Of a stretch of DNA of 64,000 bases, positions 61,701 to 64,000 are shown one piece after another. Every line of letters begins with the position of its first letter. Position 1 is the stretch's first letter. The stretch is from Cenococcum geophilum (taxonomy: Eukaryota): assembly GCA_050273025.1 (NCBI GenBank), contig CP158635.1, forward strand, positions 2,294,001 through 2,358,000, read 5' to 3'. A program made the translations under genes and the position numbers. The notes beneath the pieces were generated by a model. The model saw only the letters and a program-made list of their open reading frames with translations, had not been told where the DNA came from and searched no databases.

Positions 61701-64000
61701 AATTTTACCTAGTTCTATAAATAAAAAGATATAAAGGTAATAAGGATCTATATAGCGGAGCTAGTAGAACTAGTTAAATAAGATAAGCACTAATAGCTAC
61801 TTAAAGAGCTACCTATAGGCCTAATAGAAGTACCGAACCTATTAAAAAGGTCTTTCTGCCGGCTAGTAGAAGGCGACTATATAATAAAGGAAGCCCGTAA
61901 AGTACTTCCCCCTTATTTTTATAACTTTTTTAAAATAAATCTAAAAACTAAACCCGGGCTTTTATATCGGAAAATAGTTAATACTAATATTAAAAAATTC
62001 CTAAAAGGCAAACTAGGATTAACCTGTAAAGATATTCTATAACGCTTATTAAAGGAGTTTAGTAAATATATTAAGCACTTCCTCTCTAAGAATATAAATA
62101 AGCTACCCCCTTACTAACTATAAGACTATAAAATTAAGATTACCCCTAGAAACTAGGCCTTATACTATAAAAATAGACTACTTTTACCTGCTAAACTTAG
62201 GTGTATAAAGAAGTGGATTAATAAGATGTTAGATAAGGGTTTTATCCGTAAATCGACCTTACTAACTACTATACTACTCCTCCTTACTACTAAGCCTAGC
62301 GGCGGTATATAAATCTACTATAACTACTAAGGCCTAAATATAGTTACTATTAAAAATTAATACCTACTACTACTAATCCGCGAGACACTTAACGCACTTT
62401 ATAGTGCTAAGTACTTTACTAAACTTAATATAATTGCTGCGTTTAACTAGATCCGGATTACGGAGGGCTATAAATAGCTTATAGTATTTATGTAACCGAC
62501 TACTGGTGCTCTCCTAAACCTACCCTTAACTCACTCAACGACTCGCTCACCTTGACTCGTTCACCAACTCAAGCCACCGACTCGACCACTGACTCGGTCG
62601 ATGACTCGGTCAATTGCTCCTTTCTTATCTCATTATCTATACCTTCCTCATGTATATATATAGACCCTTTAGACCTCTATTTACAATCAAGTCGCTTACT
62701 CAATTCTCCCATACTGCAAAGCTTACAATTTATTACCTAGTTCGGACTCTATAAGATACTAGTTATACTATTTAGCCTTTATAATATACCTACTATATTT
62801 TAAAACTATATTAACTATATTTTATATAACGCCTTTAATAACTACTACACCGCCTACCTTAATAACGTTCTTATCTTTTCTAAAACACGCGCCAAGTATA
62901 CTAAGTATGTAAATAAAGTCATCTAAAGACTTAGTAATGCTAGACTTTAGATTAATATTAATAAGTCTAAGTTCTACTCTACTAAAACAAAATACCTTAG
63001 CTTAATTATTTTAACTAATAGTATAACTATAGACCCTAAGAAGGTATAGGCCTTATAGAAATAGAAGGACCTAATATTAATTAAAGAACTATAATAATTT
63101 CTTGGCTTTGCGAACTTCTACTAATAATTTATCTAAGGCTACTCTACTATCGCTACACCTATAATAAAACTCCTAAAGAAGGATATTAGATGGCTATAGG
63201 GACTAAAACAAGCTAAATTATTTAAGGCCCTTAAGGGAGCCTTTACTTTAGCACTAGTATTAGCATACTATAACTATATAAAGAAAACAGTAGTAGAGAT
63301 AGACGTATTAAATTAGGCTTCTAGCGGAGTCCTTTCCCAATATAATAATAACGGAAAATTAAAACTGGTTGCATTCTTCTCTATAAAGTACTTTATGTTA
63401 AAGTATAACTATAAGATTTATAATAAAGAACTCTTAGCTATTATTAAGGCTTTAGAGGAATGGCGTCCTAAGCTATAAGGGATTAAGGAGCCGTTTAAAA
63501 TTATTACCAACTATAAGAACCTATAGATATTTATAACTACTAAGTAGCTAAACTAGCGCTAAGTCTAGTAGGCAGAGTTTCTTTTATAGTTTAACTTTAT
63601 AATTATATATAGACCTAATAGCAAAGCTACGCTCCCTAATGCCCTAAGCTGGCTACTAAAAATAAGGCCTAAGAACACTAATAATAAACGCCTCCGCCAC
63701 TAAGCCTAAGTTATTATACCGCCCTAAAAAGTTAACCCTATAATCTTAAAAAAATTACTATATAAGTTCTATAACTCTAATAACGCGGAGTTTATAGCCG
63801 CTCTAGACCCTAAAATAGCTAAAAAGTCACTAAATAAGTTAATCTAGTTAGGATACTAGGAGAATAAACTTGTAAGAGATATAGTAGTAGCCCTACGTAA
63901 TTAGAAAGCTTGCTATTAGCTAAAGAAGATTAGGAAATTACTTTATTATAATAAGTTAGAATATAGTATTATTAACGAATAGATCTACTTCCGCTAATAT
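58769..64000 (+). mobile_element. Ty3/Gypsy LTR retrotransposon, runs off the window
   Basis: LTR 58769-58955 (tattacgg...tataaca), gag from ~59145, protease ~60820, RT (YFTKL.IIAAFN.IRI, YL(DD)VLIFS), RNase H ([18 protein letters not shown]). Confidence 0.92.
62491..62727. mobile_element. Solo LTR (237 bp) in Gypsy RT
   Basis: tgtaac...gcttaca with TSD attta (62486-62490, 62728-62732); much less RIP damage than the host element. Confidence 0.92.

Noticed and set aside
62552..62740. 62-aa ORF
   Set aside because: Lies almost entirely within a TSD-flanked solo LTR.

Overview
AT-rich fungal (most likely ascomycete) heterochromatin-like block made almost entirely of nested transposons degraded by repeat-induced point mutation (RIP: pervasive TpA excess, Q/W codons turned to TAA/TAG). 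Left to right: 3' end of an LTR element; a Ty3/Gypsy element (with a solo LTR in RNase H); two different Crypton tyrosine-recombinase relics in tandem; a RIP-spared island with a small 3-exon gene and a cluster of MITEs; a Fot1/pogo-type element interrupted by a hAT that itself holds a LINE fragment; a Helitron split by a 31,752-bp element with perfect 26-bp TIRs and a 2-bp TSD; and a second Gypsy with a solo LTR. The 31.7-kb element (about 19.8 kb after removing a solo LTR, a full Copia and a full LINE) encodes a Plavaka-type transposase plus a UPF1/DNA2-NAM7-like SF1 helicase, a SNF2-family ATPase, a DUF6532-like protein and small unknown ORFs; it is the most notable system here. Protein calls come from manual translation with mental reversal of RIP changes, not database searches. 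Gene boundaries are approximate unless TSD/TIR coordinates are given.
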